Shown: positions 1-10,514 of the stretch, one piece after another
Position numbering within the stretch: the stretch's first letter is position 1
How the letters are laid out: every line of letters begins with the position of its first letter
Source of the DNA: Candidatus Bathyarchaeota archaeon
Lineage (GTDB): Archaea; Thermoproteota; Bathyarchaeia; 40CM-2-53-6
Assembly: GCA_963733055.1 (NCBI GenBank)
Contig: CAVTBR010000003.1
Location: 96,001-160,000 of the forward strand
DNA length: 64,000 bases
Reading direction: 5' to 3'
Position numbers and translations under genes: made by a program
Notes under the pieces: generated by a model
Database searches by the model: none
Told to the model about the DNA's origin: nothing
The model's input: the letters and a program-made list of their open reading frames with translations, nothing else

Positions 1-1
1 A

Positions 2-856
2 TGGTCCGTAGCTTGGCGTCGATTTAGAAGAAACAAATCAGGCCTAATCGGTAGTGGAATCGTTGTTTTCTTCGTTCTAGTCGCTTTGCTAGGCCCATTT
101 GTCGTTGCGTATCCTGCTCGAAGCTATCGAGCTTTGTATGAGGGGGACGCTGGGACTCCACCCTCATTCAAGCATCCATTCGGAGTTGAGGACTCAGGAA
201 TAGACGTCTTCAGTGAAACCGTTAATGCGGCTCGCTATGACTTATACGTCGGACTCGCGGCGACTCTCATCACGACGCTGATTGGTGTTGCGGTAGGAGC
301 GGTGGCGGGGTACTTCAAGGGCGTTGTGTCGGACGTATTGCTCGGGGTCATACAGATGTTCTTTGTAATTCCTGTCCTGCTTCTCATTCTTCTATTCGCA
401 AGAGTGTTCTCAGTCTTGGTCTTCAAGGGCCTAGGGCTTACGCTCATCGTCCTCATACTCGCTTTCTTCGGCTGGTCAGGTATTGCGTTCATTGTAAGGG
501 GGGAGACGTTCAGGTTGAAGGAAATGGAGTTCGTTCAAGCCGCACGGTCTTTGGGAGCAGGGTCTTTCAGGCTTCTCTTTCGTCACATTGTTCCGAACAT
601 CTTGTCACCCGTCATCGTAATTGCAACACTCAATATCGCAGGCTTCATTCTGACCGAGGTTGTCGTGAGCTTCCTTGGCTTTGGTGATGCTAATACTCCA
701 ACTTGGGGGCTTCTGCTTAACGAAGGGTTCTCTTACGTGAGAACGGCTTGGTGGGTTTCATTATTTCCAGGTTTGGCCGTAGTATTTTGTGTCTTAGGTT
801 TCAATCTAATGGGCGATGGATTATCTGACGCCCTAAACCCACGATTACGTGAATGA
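2..856 (+). CDS. dppC: Peptide ABC transporter permease (5'-truncated by window)
   Basis: Frame is open from position 2 (WRRFRRNKSGLIG). EFVQAARSLGA EAA loop; C-terminal GDGLSDALNPR. Confidence 0.93.
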   Translation, partial: WSVAWRRFRRNKSGLIGSGIVVFFVLVALLGPFVVAYPARSYRALYEGDAGTPPSFKHPFGVEDSGIDVFSETVNAARYDLYVGLAATLITTLIGVAVGAVAGYFKGVVSDVLLGVIQMFFVIPVLLLILLFARVFSVLVFKGLGLTLIVLILAFFGWSGIAFIVRGETFRLKEMEFVQAARSLGAGSFRLLFRHIVPNILSPVIVIATLNIAGFILTEVVVSFLGFGDANTPTWGLLLNEGFSYVRTAWWVSLFPGLAVVFCVLGFNLMGDGLSDALNPRLRE

Positions 857-869
857 GCGGGCCAGTCGA

Positions 870-1859
870 TTGCCAGAAAAACTCCTCGAAATCTCAAATC
901 TCCGAACCTATTTTTTCACCGAAGCCGGCGTAGTCAAAGCGTTGGATGGCATGTCTCTGGAAGTCTACAAGGGACAAACGGTTGGCCTTGTAGGTGAGTC
1001 AGGATCAGGCAAGTCTGTTACCGCACAATCCGTGCTTCGCATAGTACCACGACCAGGTCGCATAGTCGATGGGTCCGTGAAGTTCGAAGGCGAAGATTTG
1101 CTCTCGAAATCAGATAATGAAATGCGCAAACTTCGAGGCCCGAAAATGGCAATCGTATTTCAGGACCCCACGACGTCCCTTAACCCAGTGTACACCGTTG
1201 AGAAACAATTAACTGACATCTTAAGGCTTCACAAGGACCTTACGAAAGAGGATGCGTCGAAGAGAGCGCTATCGCTTCTGGAGCGCGTAGGAATTCAGGA
1301 GCCCGAAAAGAGGTTGAAGGCATATCCTCACGAACTAAGTGGCGGAATGAAGCAACGGATCGCAATTGCCCGGGCGCTGTCTTGCGAACCTATGTTACTG
1401 TTCGCCGATGAACCAACGACCAACCTCGATGTAACTATCCAGGCCCAGGTCCTGGAATTATTGAAGCAATTACAAAGGGAACTAAACATGACCATGGTAA
1501 TGATTACGCATGACATGGGCATAATCGCTGACCTGACAGAGCGTGTGACCGTGCTTTACGCGGGCAAAGTAATGGAGGTGGCAGATACGCCGACCTTGTT
1601 CAGGTCTCCTAAGCATCCCTACACGGAAGCGTTGCTCAAAGCCGTGCCGAGCGTCAAACAGACCCGTACCCTCGAAGTGATCCCTGGAAACATACCCAAC
1701 CTCATTGAGCCACCTTCCGGATGCGTGTTCAATCCTCGATGCAAATACGCGAAAGACATTTGCTCGAAACAGGAGCCTCCCCTAGAGAAGGTTGGCGAGG
1801 GCCATTTTGTAGCCTGCCACTTTTGGCGGGAATTGACACTTGAAGGGAGGGGTGGCTGA
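870..1859 (+). CDS. dppD: Peptide ABC transporter ATP-binding subunit
   Basis: GESGSGKS Walker A, LSGGMKQR signature, HPYT and C-terminal Cys cluster. Start at TTG 870 or GTG 849. Confidence 0.93.
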   Translation: MPEKLLEISNLRTYFFTEAGVVKALDGMSLEVYKGQTVGLVGESGSGKSVTAQSVLRIVPRPGRIVDGSVKFEGEDLLSKSDNEMRKLRGPKMAIVFQDPTTSLNPVYTVEKQLTDILRLHKDLTKEDASKRALSLLERVGIQEPEKRLKAYPHELSGGMKQRIAIARALSCEPMLLFADEPTTNLDVTIQAQVLELLKQLQRELNMTMVMITHDMGIIADLTERVTVLYAGKVMEVADTPTLFRSPKHPYTEALLKAVPSVKQTRTLEVIPGNIPNLIEPPSGCVFNPRCKYAKDICSKQEPPLEKVGEGHFVACHFWRELTLEGRGG

Positions 1860-1860
1860 G

Positions 1861-2877
1861 ATGCAATCGACTTGGGACGGCGGCCGCCCGATTCTCGAAG
1901 TAAACTCGCTCGTTGAATATTTCGACGTTGTAGAGCGTGGAATCCTCCGCAAGAAGAAAATCGGCGACGTCCATGCTGTCGACAACGTGTCTTTCCACAT
2001 ATCGGGAGGCGAAACCCTCGGACTAGTGGGCGAGAGTGGCTGCGGGAAAACTACTACTGGCAAGGTGATTCTGTACCTCGAGAAACCAACTTCAGGATCC
2101 ATATTCTTCGAAGGCATGAACGTAGTCGAAACCTTCGAGAAGAAGAATCAAGCTGATGCGAAACTACTTAGACGCAGAATGCAGATGGTCTTTCAGAACC
2201 CCTACAACTCCCTCGACCCACGTATGACTGTATACGACATTATCAGCGAAGCATTCGTTATTCACAAGAACATACCGAAGAACCAATGGACCGATCGCGT
2301 GTACGAACTGCTTAGGATGGTGAACCTGGAAGAATATCACGCTGAACGCTACCCGCATGAATTCAGCGGGGGACAGAGGCAAAGAATCGCGATCGCACGT
2401 GCTCTGGCGGTTGATCCGAAATTCGTTATTCTCGATGAACCCGTTTCATCCTTAGACGTATCTATCAGAGCTCAAATCCTAAACTTGCTCATAGATCTAC
2501 AGAGCAAGAAGCACCTGTCGTATCTTTACATCTCACACGACCTCAGCTCCGTTCGACAGATCAGCCAGCGGGTCGCGGTAATGTATTTGGGGGAAATTGT
2601 CGAATTAGCTAGCGCGGACGAAATCTTTGACAAGCCATTACACCCCTACACGCAGGCTCTGATCTCTGCTGTTCCTGTCCCAGATGTCGACCACAAAACA
2701 ACCCGAATTATCCTTCCGGGCGAAGTCCCTAGCCCTATTAACCCGCCCCAAGCCTGCAGATTCCACCCACGGTGTCCACACGCCACCGATATCTGCAAGC
2801 AGGTAGCTCCAAAATTCGAAGATAGGTTGGTTCAAGGACATTTCGTAGCCTGTCATCATGCCGATAAGTTCGTTTAG
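1861..2877 (+). CDS. dppF: Peptide ABC transporter ATP-binding subunit
   Basis: GESGCGKT, FSGGQRQR, HPYT, CRFHPRC..C..C. Confidence 0.93.
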   Translation: MQSTWDGGRPILEVNSLVEYFDVVERGILRKKKIGDVHAVDNVSFHISGGETLGLVGESGCGKTTTGKVILYLEKPTSGSIFFEGMNVVETFEKKNQADAKLLRRRMQMVFQNPYNSLDPRMTVYDIISEAFVIHKNIPKNQWTDRVYELLRMVNLEEYHAERYPHEFSGGQRQRIAIARALAVDPKFVILDEPVSSLDVSIRAQILNLLIDLQSKKHLSYLYISHDLSSVRQISQRVAVMYLGEIVELASADEIFDKPLHPYTQALISAVPVPDVDHKTTRIILPGEVPSPINPPQACRFHPRCPHATDICKQVAPKFEDRLVQGHFVACHHADKFV

Positions 2878-2886
2878 GCCATAAGG

Positions 2887-3462
2887 TTGCATGTTCGAAG
2901 AGCGAAAGCGGCGGGAATCGTTCTCTTCACGCTCGGGCTGTTATTTCTCTTCATTGGAACGATAATGCCATACTACAAATCACCCCAGAGGCTTGACGGA
3001 ATCGGACCTGGGATCGAGTACAATCAATCGCGTCCCTACTGGATCAAGTCATACTTTATACCGCCAATCGATGCAGGCCAACCAATCAGTCTGACCGTGC
3101 TTAGTGACCGAGAGGGGGCAACGACGGTTCTTCTGGCCTACTACGACGAGGCGCAACAAACCATAGTAGGACCGGCGCTTGTTAGCGTTATTTTCGGCCC
3201 AAACGAAAAGGGCCTCTCCGTCTTTACGAGAGCGAACAGATCAGGGCCATACTTTCTCACGATCACCAGCTACAACAGCACATACACGTTCCATGTGACT
3301 TCGGTCTGGTCACCTTTCTATGGATTAAGGCCCCTCACGATCTATGCTTTTGGCCTCATACCTATCGGGGTAGTCACAATTTACTATGACGAGATCGTGG
3401 AACGGAGAGAACAGATGGAAGAAGAAGCTCTTCGTTGGAGCAAGACCAGGCGCAACACTTAG
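2887..3462 (+). CDS. Hypothetical membrane protein (two TM segments flanking a beta-rich domain)
   Basis: 191-aa ORF directly after dppF with N- and C-terminal hydrophobic segments. Confidence 0.7.
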   Translation: MHVRRAKAAGIVLFTLGLLFLFIGTIMPYYKSPQRLDGIGPGIEYNQSRPYWIKSYFIPPIDAGQPISLTVLSDREGATTVLLAYYDEAQQTIVGPALVSVIFGPNEKGLSVFTRANRSGPYFLTITSYNSTYTFHVTSVWSPFYGLRPLTIYAFGLIPIGVVTIYYDEIVERREQMEEEALRWSKTRRNT

Positions 3463-3590
3463 ACGACCTGGATTTACACCCGAATTTTTCGACCCCGGTC
3501 CCTGGTGAAGAGCGAACGAAACGAAATCTGCCTATCTGAATTAAGGGCGAGATCCTACGTTAGTCCCACTTGAATTGAGAAGTCACGAAC

Positions 3591-4703
3591 TCAATTGCCA
3601 CCGCGCCGCCGAGTCCTTCGGAGCTTGCTTTTCTTGCCGTGTTTCGGGCGTTTCCGTTTTTGAGATCGACGCCTGGAAAACGCTACAGTGAATGCCAGGA
3701 TGAGCGCAACACTTCCCAGAATTAATAAGGGTAGTATGTAGTCAGCCGACCAATTCACCTCAATTCTGTGAGGAGAATCCATGCTGACTTGATAGATTGT
3801 TGATTCAGACACCCTGCGCCCGTCTTCAGTCCAACCCTGGAAAACCCACTTGGCCCCGAGTGCGCCGAGTATTCCTGTCATAGGAGTTACTCGCGAAGGA
3901 ACCGATAACGTCGTGTTCGAGCCAGCGTTGTACCATCCTCCACCCTGTAAACTGACGGGGCTAGTCACTTGAAGCCTGAATTGAGTCACATAATTCGCGC
4001 GAAGAACTATATCGTAATTCAAAGCGACGGATCTGTTTGCGTCTGTGGATCCGTCCGACCAGTTTGTGAACTCAATTCTCGTTACATTATCAATTTGGAC
4101 TAATTCCGGGACCGAAACTGTGTGCGTTCCCGCGGCGAGCACTAACTGGACGTTTCCGCCGGAACCGTTGACTCCGTCCACTGAAACTGCGACAGAGTTA
4201 GGTACGTCGACCTCTAGTGTAAGAGCGCTGGTCACACTTATTGTGAAAGTGTAGTCGCTGAAGGAGTTCGGAATGAGGTTTTGCACTTTGTCCAAGAGGC
4301 CTACCTGGAGAGCCAGATTCCAAACGCCCTTTGGATGAGTAAGCAAGAACTGCATCCTCTCTGAACCATTAGTACCCGTTAGTGATATGATGCATCCAGC
4401 GAATTGAGCTGTCGTGATGCAGGATTGGGGGCTAGAACTACCCAAGCCACTCACAAGGTTTCCATTGTCTAGGTCGAAGACGCCTGCTGCCAAGTAGTAG
4501 CCTGACTTGACGTCAGAATAATCTACTGTTGCATTAAGAACCAGCGGAGTATTCGTTGACTGAGTGTCGATGTTGAAGAGTGCAGTGCGAGTATAGGAAA
4601 CGTTGGTAATCGTGGTAGTTTGAGCCCTCACGTTAGGCACGGTTAAGGCCAAAGCAAGTAGAATCAAGCCAGGAATTGTCAATGTGAAAACGCGAGATGT
4701 CAA
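3591..4703 (-). CDS. Secreted, C-terminally anchored surface protein
   Basis: Signal peptide (VRA|Q), GGGWY and FQGW stalk motifs, TM helix plus polybasic tail. Confidence 0.8.
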   Translation of the reverse strand: MTSRVFTLTIPGLILLALALTVPNVRAQTTTITNVSYTRTALFNIDTQSTNTPLVLNATVDYSDVKSGYYLAAGVFDLDNGNLVSGLGSSSPQSCITTAQFAGCIISLTGTNGSERMQFLLTHPKGVWNLALQVGLLDKVQNLIPNSFSDYTFTISVTSALTLEVDVPNSVAVSVDGVNGSGGNVQLVLAAGTHTVSVPELVQIDNVTRIEFTNWSDGSTDANRSVALNYDIVLRANYVTQFRLQVTSPVSLQGGGWYNAGSNTTLSVPSRVTPMTGILGALGAKWVFQGWTEDGRRVSESTIYQVSMDSPHRIEVNWSADYILPLLILGSVALILAFTVAFSRRRSQKRKRPKHGKKSKLRRTRRRGGN

Positions 4704-4772
4704 TCATACACCCCCCCAGCGATGCAAGTCTAAGGACGCAACAGTATTTGGGATTAGTCACAAAACCCGGTA

Positions 4773-6122
4773 TTAACGACGGCGGTGGCGTGGAGCCACG
4801 CCTCTTCTCTTCGACCTCTTGATCCTGACCCTTCTACCCGCATTACGCTTTTTCATGAGGACCACCACACATGCCGCTAACGTCACTAAAACCATAGCAA
4901 GAATTATAGTCAGAGTCCAATCAACTCTCCACACCGCAACGGTACTTTTCGGGATGTCCATCAACACCTGGCATTGCGATGCGGTCGTGGTGCAGGCTCC
5001 TGACCAGTGATCGAAAACGTATCGTCCGCCGATCCAGCCGGTGAAACCTTCTAGCGGGACTGAGGTTGGAGCTATGGTGATCGTGGCGTCAGTATTTTCA
5101 AAATACCATCCCTCACCAGCTATGTTTCCGAAAGGTGAGTTTGCAACCAGCTCATGCTGGATCCCGTAGTTGGCTTTGAGCGTGAGGTTATTGCCTACGG
5201 AAATTAGTCGAGTCGAACTGTTCGTGTTGTCGTTCCAACCGGTAAAACGGGCTCGCGTTCCATTCCCTATCCGTATGATATCTGGAACGGAGACGGAGTA
5301 GTTTCCCCAGGGAAGCAGTTGCTGTGTTGTCCCGTTTGCGTTCGTGGCGACCTCTCTGCCCCCTACCGAAATGGTGATGTTAGGATAGGGAGTTTCGATG
5401 GTCAGGTATGGTTCGACAAAGGCCAGTTCTAAAGTTGGGGCGGTAGTGCCGTTCGAAGAAGTTTGCCTCTTAGAATCGAACCAAACTAGGTTTCTCCAAT
5501 TAGTTTCCGAAGCGATTGCTGCAAAAGTGATCTGACCGGTTGAGTTGAACCGTCGCTTGACAAGGTTTGTAAGGTTCCAATGAGTCCATGTACCATTTTG
5601 TCTTATGTTGGTTGAGGCATACACGTTTTGGTCGAACTGCGGCATGTTATTCCACGTGAGAGTATTCTCAGTCCAATTCTCAACTGGCACGTTATGCACT
5701 TCGACGGTAGCGTTGTAGAAGAAGTTCATCAACCGAACGTACATTCGCAAGCTCGCATTCTGCGGTATTGCCCCTGACTGGACCAACTGTTCGGGCAGGC
5801 TCTTCGCCAAATCGAATTTCATGAACCCATAAGTCTTAGACACGGGCACGCTCGGGATATTTTGCACAATTATGACGCCTAAATCATCAAAAGTCTTCGT
5901 GGGAATGAGATTGTCGGCAAAGGTGTCGTCTATCGGCGTTATTGAACAATGAATAATCATCGCGGCTGTCGCATTGCTATATTGAGGTGCTGAGCAGTCC
6001 CCCGAGTCCTGTCGCTGAGCCACTGACCGGTCAGTAGGGTGTTGTGCTACAGCGTTCCCTGCTGGATAGCTTCCCACGATCAGAGCAATTAGGAGAATCA
6101 TCGTAAATTGCTTCAACACCAA
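4773..6122 (-). CDS. Surface protein with DNRLRE/CBM96-like domain and C-terminal anchor
   Basis: DDTF..., GFMKFDL, ASLRMYV, WTENTLTWNNMP pattern; GEGWY stalk; TM plus basic tail. Confidence 0.75.
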   Translation of the reverse strand: MVLKQFTMILLIALIVGSYPAGNAVAQHPTDRSVAQRQDSGDCSAPQYSNATAAMIIHCSITPIDDTFADNLIPTKTFDDLGVIIVQNIPSVPVSKTYGFMKFDLAKSLPEQLVQSGAIPQNASLRMYVRLMNFFYNATVEVHNVPVENWTENTLTWNNMPQFDQNVYASTNIRQNGTWTHWNLTNLVKRRFNSTGQITFAAIASETNWRNLVWFDSKRQTSSNGTTAPTLELAFVEPYLTIETPYPNITISVGGREVATNANGTTQQLLPWGNYSVSVPDIIRIGNGTRARFTGWNDNTNSSTRLISVGNNLTLKANYGIQHELVANSPFGNIAGEGWYFENTDATITIAPTSVPLEGFTGWIGGRYVFDHWSGACTTTASQCQVLMDIPKSTVAVWRVDWTLTIILAMVLVTLAACVVVLMKKRNAGRRVRIKRSKRRGVAPRHRRR

Positions 6123-6214
6123 TTGAGAGGTCCCCTCGTATCGTCAATCGCAATGGTATTGGCAGAGCGCCAAAAAGGAATCGGTAACTTTACCCCACTA
6201 AGCCGGCTTTTCTC

Positions 6215-7381
6215 TCAGCTGCCGCCTCGTAATCGCTTCCGGGTTGTCCTAATTGCCAAAGCGGCGATCGTGATCAATATGAAAGCGACGACGATCGATG
6301 GTATGGTTTTATCCGTATTCCAATTTGCGGTGATCGTCTTGTTTGAGTCCATGAGAATTTGAATCGTGAGATTTTTCGAGCTTACGGCTCCGGACCATTC
6401 TTGAAAGTGATCTTGTCCGCCGATCCATCCCAATACTCCGGGGGTGCTAGCGACCGTATCTGAAATTGCCACGTAAACAAACATGCCCATTGGAACGCCT
6501 ACTTTCGCGCTGCCATTGTATCCGTCGGTTCCGGTGGCGGAGGTTACGAAGAATTGTGTTCCCGGATGCACGATGACTTCGAGGTCAACGTAGCCGCTGG
6601 TCCAGAGCAGTGCTCCGTCTTGAAGTTTTGGAACATTCGAGCCAACGAGAAGCATGTTTGGACCAATAGCGGTGGCTCCGTAGGAGTTCGCGAAGCATGT
6701 TACCCCCGTTCCGCAGTAGCTTAGGGCGACCAGGGAATTAACTGAGTTCCAGCGGCTACCGTCGAAGTAGGATAATTGACTGAATTTTACTGGACCTAGA
6801 ATTGTAGATACATTTTGGGCGGCGTTGCCCTCCGCAATGACGAAGGCCGGATCAACGGAATGGCTCACTGAAAAACTTGAGTTCGATACGGCTCGCCCGT
6901 CCAACATGAAACTCCACGAATTTAGAGTGGTTGGGGCAATCGTGTACAGATGCGATGTTTCATTGGTTCCCGCTGAACCTGTCGGACCTATTCCGTAGTA
7001 GAAATCAGATTTGAAACGATTTGGCCAATACTGCCATTGCCACCGAGCATCGTCACTCTGGATTATCTCTGTAGACCCTGAGCAGGTGAACTTTCCTCCG
7101 ATTGATGCTCCTTTGAGACAATACACTCCTGGTTCCAGCGAGTATCCGAATTGAACGAATGACCCGTCGGCTAGGTCGTCTCCAACCCAGAAATATTGGA
7201 GTGTTCCTGGAAGCGAATCATACAGATGGGTTTCGATTTGCGCTTGAACGCCTAAGTTGTTTCGCGAAGCGTCGTCGCCCCAGGCTCCGACCTTGAATGT
7301 CGCATTGGTTTGGGGCAGCGGCGAGGCAATGGAGATCAGGTTTAGGAGGAGGAAAGCGTAGACCCATCGTGCCTGTATCAA
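6215..7381 (-). CDS. Surface protein, possible glutamic-peptidase (G1-like) fold
   Basis: Signal peptide; FWVG..FVQFGY and FVIAE motifs; same stalk/TM/basic tail as its neighbours. Confidence 0.65.
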   Translation of the reverse strand: MIQARWVYAFLLLNLISIASPLPQTNATFKVGAWGDDASRNNLGVQAQIETHLYDSLPGTLQYFWVGDDLADGSFVQFGYSLEPGVYCLKGASIGGKFTCSGSTEIIQSDDARWQWQYWPNRFKSDFYYGIGPTGSAGTNETSHLYTIAPTTLNSWSFMLDGRAVSNSSFSVSHSVDPAFVIAEGNAAQNVSTILGPVKFSQLSYFDGSRWNSVNSLVALSYCGTGVTCFANSYGATAIGPNMLLVGSNVPKLQDGALLWTSGYVDLEVIVHPGTQFFVTSATGTDGYNGSAKVGVPMGMFVYVAISDTVASTPGVLGWIGGQDHFQEWSGAVSSKNLTIQILMDSNKTITANWNTDKTIPSIVVAFILITIAALAIRTTRKRLRGGS

Positions 7382-7463
7382 TGGCAGTCTAAGTGCATCC
7401 TCTCTCTAGGCGGGGTGATAAACTGAGTGACGGCAAGTGACGGCCCTTGCAGAAGATAAGGTG

Positions 7464-8672
7464 CTATTGTTTTGCGGGTTCGACTAGTTTCGGAATGACT
7501 TTGGAGGCGTTGGGAATTACTGTGATTGTGGAATCTGAGCCTTGGATTCTTTGTGCGCTATGTAGGGCCGCGTTGACGGTAGTCGCGGATTTCAGATTGA
7601 AGGTGTTCTCTACATAGTAGTCGGGAATGGTTGAGACTAAGCATACTCTATGTGTTTGCAGAGTTCTGCTTAGAAATGAGGCTTTGAAGCCATTGTAGTT
7701 GAAACGATGACGCAGTCGTGTCTCGAGATGTCGAGGTTCCTTGTGTTCCGAACACCATTCGTAAAATTCAGTGTCACCGTGCCCCTTGCCGCACTCCGCG
7801 GCCACAATCAAAGTCCCTCCTTTCTTCAGCGCATTTAGACCGGCCGGAATCGTCTCAACCGCATCAAGCAGCGAATCGTCGAAGGGGAACCCGCCCGCAC
7901 CCATCACTACAATGTCAGCTCGCTTTGTAATCTGCTTCGAATGCAACTTATCAACGGAAGGAGAGAGGCTCGTTAGACAATCATTAATTCCTCCAAAAGC
8001 CAGGCTTGCTGGACGCATCTCCGCATCGACGGCGAGGCCTAAAGCGAAAAGGTTTTGGAACGATGCTGCAATTTCTATCCTTTCTTTATGTAGGGTGTCG
8101 AGTGTCACACCCGGTCTGTCTGTCACTTGGCGGTGAACCGAAGTATCTGAAGCCAATTGGGGAAAGACTAGGTCACAGAGTCCTGAGTACCCGAGAAAGT
8201 GATGCGGCCTAAGTTCGCCGATGAGGAATCTGAGGTCGGATTTGACGAACGCCGAGTCAATGTCCGGAGTGAATCCACCGTGGAAATCCGCAAACGGCGT
8301 CGACTCGGACTTGCCTGTGTGCTTCAAGACTTTAGCATCGCTGAATTCCCCAATATCAGTTGCGTCCTTAGTGAGAATGATCGTACGCGAGCCCTGCGAA
8401 TGGGAAAGATGGTTGAGAACCACCTGAGTTAGATCGGTCGCAAGCTGCTGGCTTCCACACGATCCAAGCACGATGGCAGCGTTGGTTGCTTTATTCGTGG
8501 CTTCTTGGAATTTTTCGTTTGATTGGAGAAGTCGCTCGGCCTCTGCTATTGGATCGTTTATAGGGCTCGCGCTCTCCGCTCTGAGAATGTCGAGCAACGT
8601 CTCTTCGGGCACTCTGACAGGTATGTCAGAGCGTCCATATGGCAGCCATACTTCGACCAAAGTTATCACCAC
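7464..8672 (-). CDS. LarA (lactate racemase)-family protein with degenerate active site
   Basis: LPYG N-terminus, PHHFLGYSG, ADIVV.GAGGFP.D, GGTLIVAAECGKGHG, IPNAS. Confidence 0.85.
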   Translation of the reverse strand: MVITLVEVWLPYGRSDIPVRVPEETLLDILRAESASPINDPIAEAERLLQSNEKFQEATNKATNAAIVLGSCGSQQLATDLTQVVLNHLSHSQGSRTIILTKDATDIGEFSDAKVLKHTGKSESTPFADFHGGFTPDIDSAFVKSDLRFLIGELRPHHFLGYSGLCDLVFPQLASDTSVHRQVTDRPGVTLDTLHKERIEIAASFQNLFALGLAVDAEMRPASLAFGGINDCLTSLSPSVDKLHSKQITKRADIVVMGAGGFPFDDSLLDAVETIPAGLNALKKGGTLIVAAECGKGHGDTEFYEWCSEHKEPRHLETRLRHRFNYNGFKASFLSRTLQTHRVCLVSTIPDYYVENTFNLKSATTVNAALHSAQRIQGSDSTITVIPNASKVIPKLVEPAKQ

Positions 8673-8799
8673 AGGCTGCTACGATGCCAATCGAGTCGTA
8701 AAAGCTTGAGAGGCTGAAATTTCGATTGGGCTGTTCTTCTGGGTTGAAGCGAGTGATCGTGCAAAAGAATAAACCTGTAGGCTCACGTTAGTGGTTTAG

Positions 8800-9417
8800 G
8801 TGTTATTGCTGGTCAGCGCAAGGTTAGACGACTTCTGTAATGTCCTGCTCAGGACCGGGAGCCTAGAGTTTGGCACGTTTAAGCTAGCAAGCGGCATCCT
8901 CAGTCCGTATTACGTGGACCTTCGTTTGATTCCCAGTTATCCAGAGGCGTTTCAACAAACGATCGACATGTACCGCAGTGTTATCGAGCCTGATCTAATC
9001 AAGCATGTTCAACGTTTAGCTGGAATACCTACTGCAGGGATCGCCTATGCTGCGGTGGTAGCGCTTAACCTGACCAAACCTTTGCTTTACGTTCGGAAAG
9101 AACAGAAGGAGCATGGCCGCGAGAAGAGAGTCGAAGGTCTTCTGCAGCCAGGCGACAAGGTCTTGGTTTTGGATGATGTGGTTACGACTGGCAAGAGCCT
9201 CTTAGAGGCCACAGAAGCGATTCGAGCTGAAGGGGGAGTAGTCGACGACGCCGTGGTCTTGCTCGATAGGCAGCAAGGCGCGGGAGCAAACTTGCAGAAG
9301 AAACAGGTGAAACTTCACGCATTCACAACGATGCGACGCATAGCCGACAAGCTTCTGAACATGGGTACGATTGACGAGGGACAACATAAGGAGATCTTAA
9401 GCCAGATAATCTCTTGA
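8800..9417 (+). CDS. pyrE: Orotate phosphoribosyltransferase
   Basis: FKLASG.LSPYYVD, RKEQKEHG, VLVLDDVVTTGKS PRPP-binding motif. Confidence 0.95.
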   Translation: MLLLVSARLDDFCNVLLRTGSLEFGTFKLASGILSPYYVDLRLIPSYPEAFQQTIDMYRSVIEPDLIKHVQRLAGIPTAGIAYAAVVALNLTKPLLYVRKEQKEHGREKRVEGLLQPGDKVLVLDDVVTTGKSLLEATEAIRAEGGVVDDAVVLLDRQQGAGANLQKKQVKLHAFTTMRRIADKLLNMGTIDEGQHKEILSQIIS

Positions 9418-9512
9418 GCCATATCCTGCGCACACGCATTTTCACTCGCCTCTGACAGCCATGGCTCAATGTGCTTACTGGAATTATCTGGTTGCATTGT
9501 TTAACGCAAACT

Positions 9513-10260
9513 ATGGTCCAATTCACCTCCGCAGTTAGCCGTTCAAGATTTCGTCAAGGTTGACAGCCTTCTCATAGATGCGCGCCAAGAGCCGCAACCT
9601 GACCTAACCTTCGGGATTGAAGCTTTAGACAACGCCTTACGCCTAAATTTCGGACAGCTTATCGCGTTTCAAGGCAAACCCGCTCGTGCGATGTGTACGT
9701 TACTCTCTGTACGGGCGATGCTTCCCCAACCTCTAGGTCCTGATTGTGATGTTTTATTCATTGACGGAGGCAACAGCTTCGACCCCTACGCTATATCTGA
9801 CAGTTCAGTTGAGCAAGGCCTCGACACGGAGAAGGTTCTTGAAAGGCTACACGTGAGCAGGGCTTTCACTCACCATCAACTCGCATGCATTATTACAGAC
9901 AAACTTCCAAACGCCATAAGGAAATTCGGTGCGAAGCTTGTCGTTATCTCCGACATAACCCAACTGTACTGCGACCCAGACGTGCGCGACGACGATAAGG
10001 AAGATGCATTGCGAATCTTCGCTAAAACCGCACGAACTCTCCGAATGTTTGCCCGACAATACGAGTGCCTAATCGTTGCCACGAACCTTGAACCAAGAAC
10101 CTTTCTAATGGATCACGCCCTGACACGTGCTGCACATGTGTTAGTCAGTGTTGAACAAAAAACCGGCCTCACTCAATTCTCACTGAAATACCCCAACGTC
10201 CCGCCCCGCACCGCGGTCGCTTTTGTGCCTGGCGTTAAGGCTCTGGAGGGATATCTGTAA
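9513..10260 (+). CDS. RadA/RecA-like protein lacking an intact Walker A (PolB2-associated); probable +1 indel just after ATG 9513
   Basis: The frame upstream of 9691 reads LTFGIEALDNAL...FQGKP; also LFIDGGNSFDPY and SRAFT.HQL. Confidence 0.8.
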
Positions 10261-10514
10261 TGGGGCGCACTATTCCGTCTTGGCGGATGGTTGTTGAAGC
10301 CGAAGTTGAGAAACTGAAACGTTTCCAAGAATTTCTCAGAGAAGAAGACAGGGCCGTCTTCGAGGATATGCTCAACCAGTGTAGGCTGCTAGCTTCCGCT
10401 GCCAGCGTCATGGCATCACCACTAAAACAAGTCCCACTAATCATCTCCATGTTGTTCGCCCACCACAAGAAACTCGTCGAACTAGAGAAACGCCTAGAAG
10501 CGCATGGTCTTTGA
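10260..10514 (+). CDS. Small PolB2-associated protein
   Basis: MGRTIPSWR N-terminus typical of the small gene next to archaeal polB2; overlaps both neighbours. Confidence 0.8.
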   Translation: MGRTIPSWRMVVEAEVEKLKRFQEFLREEDRAVFEDMLNQCRLLASAASVMASPLKQVPLIISMLFAHHKKLVELEKRLEAHGL

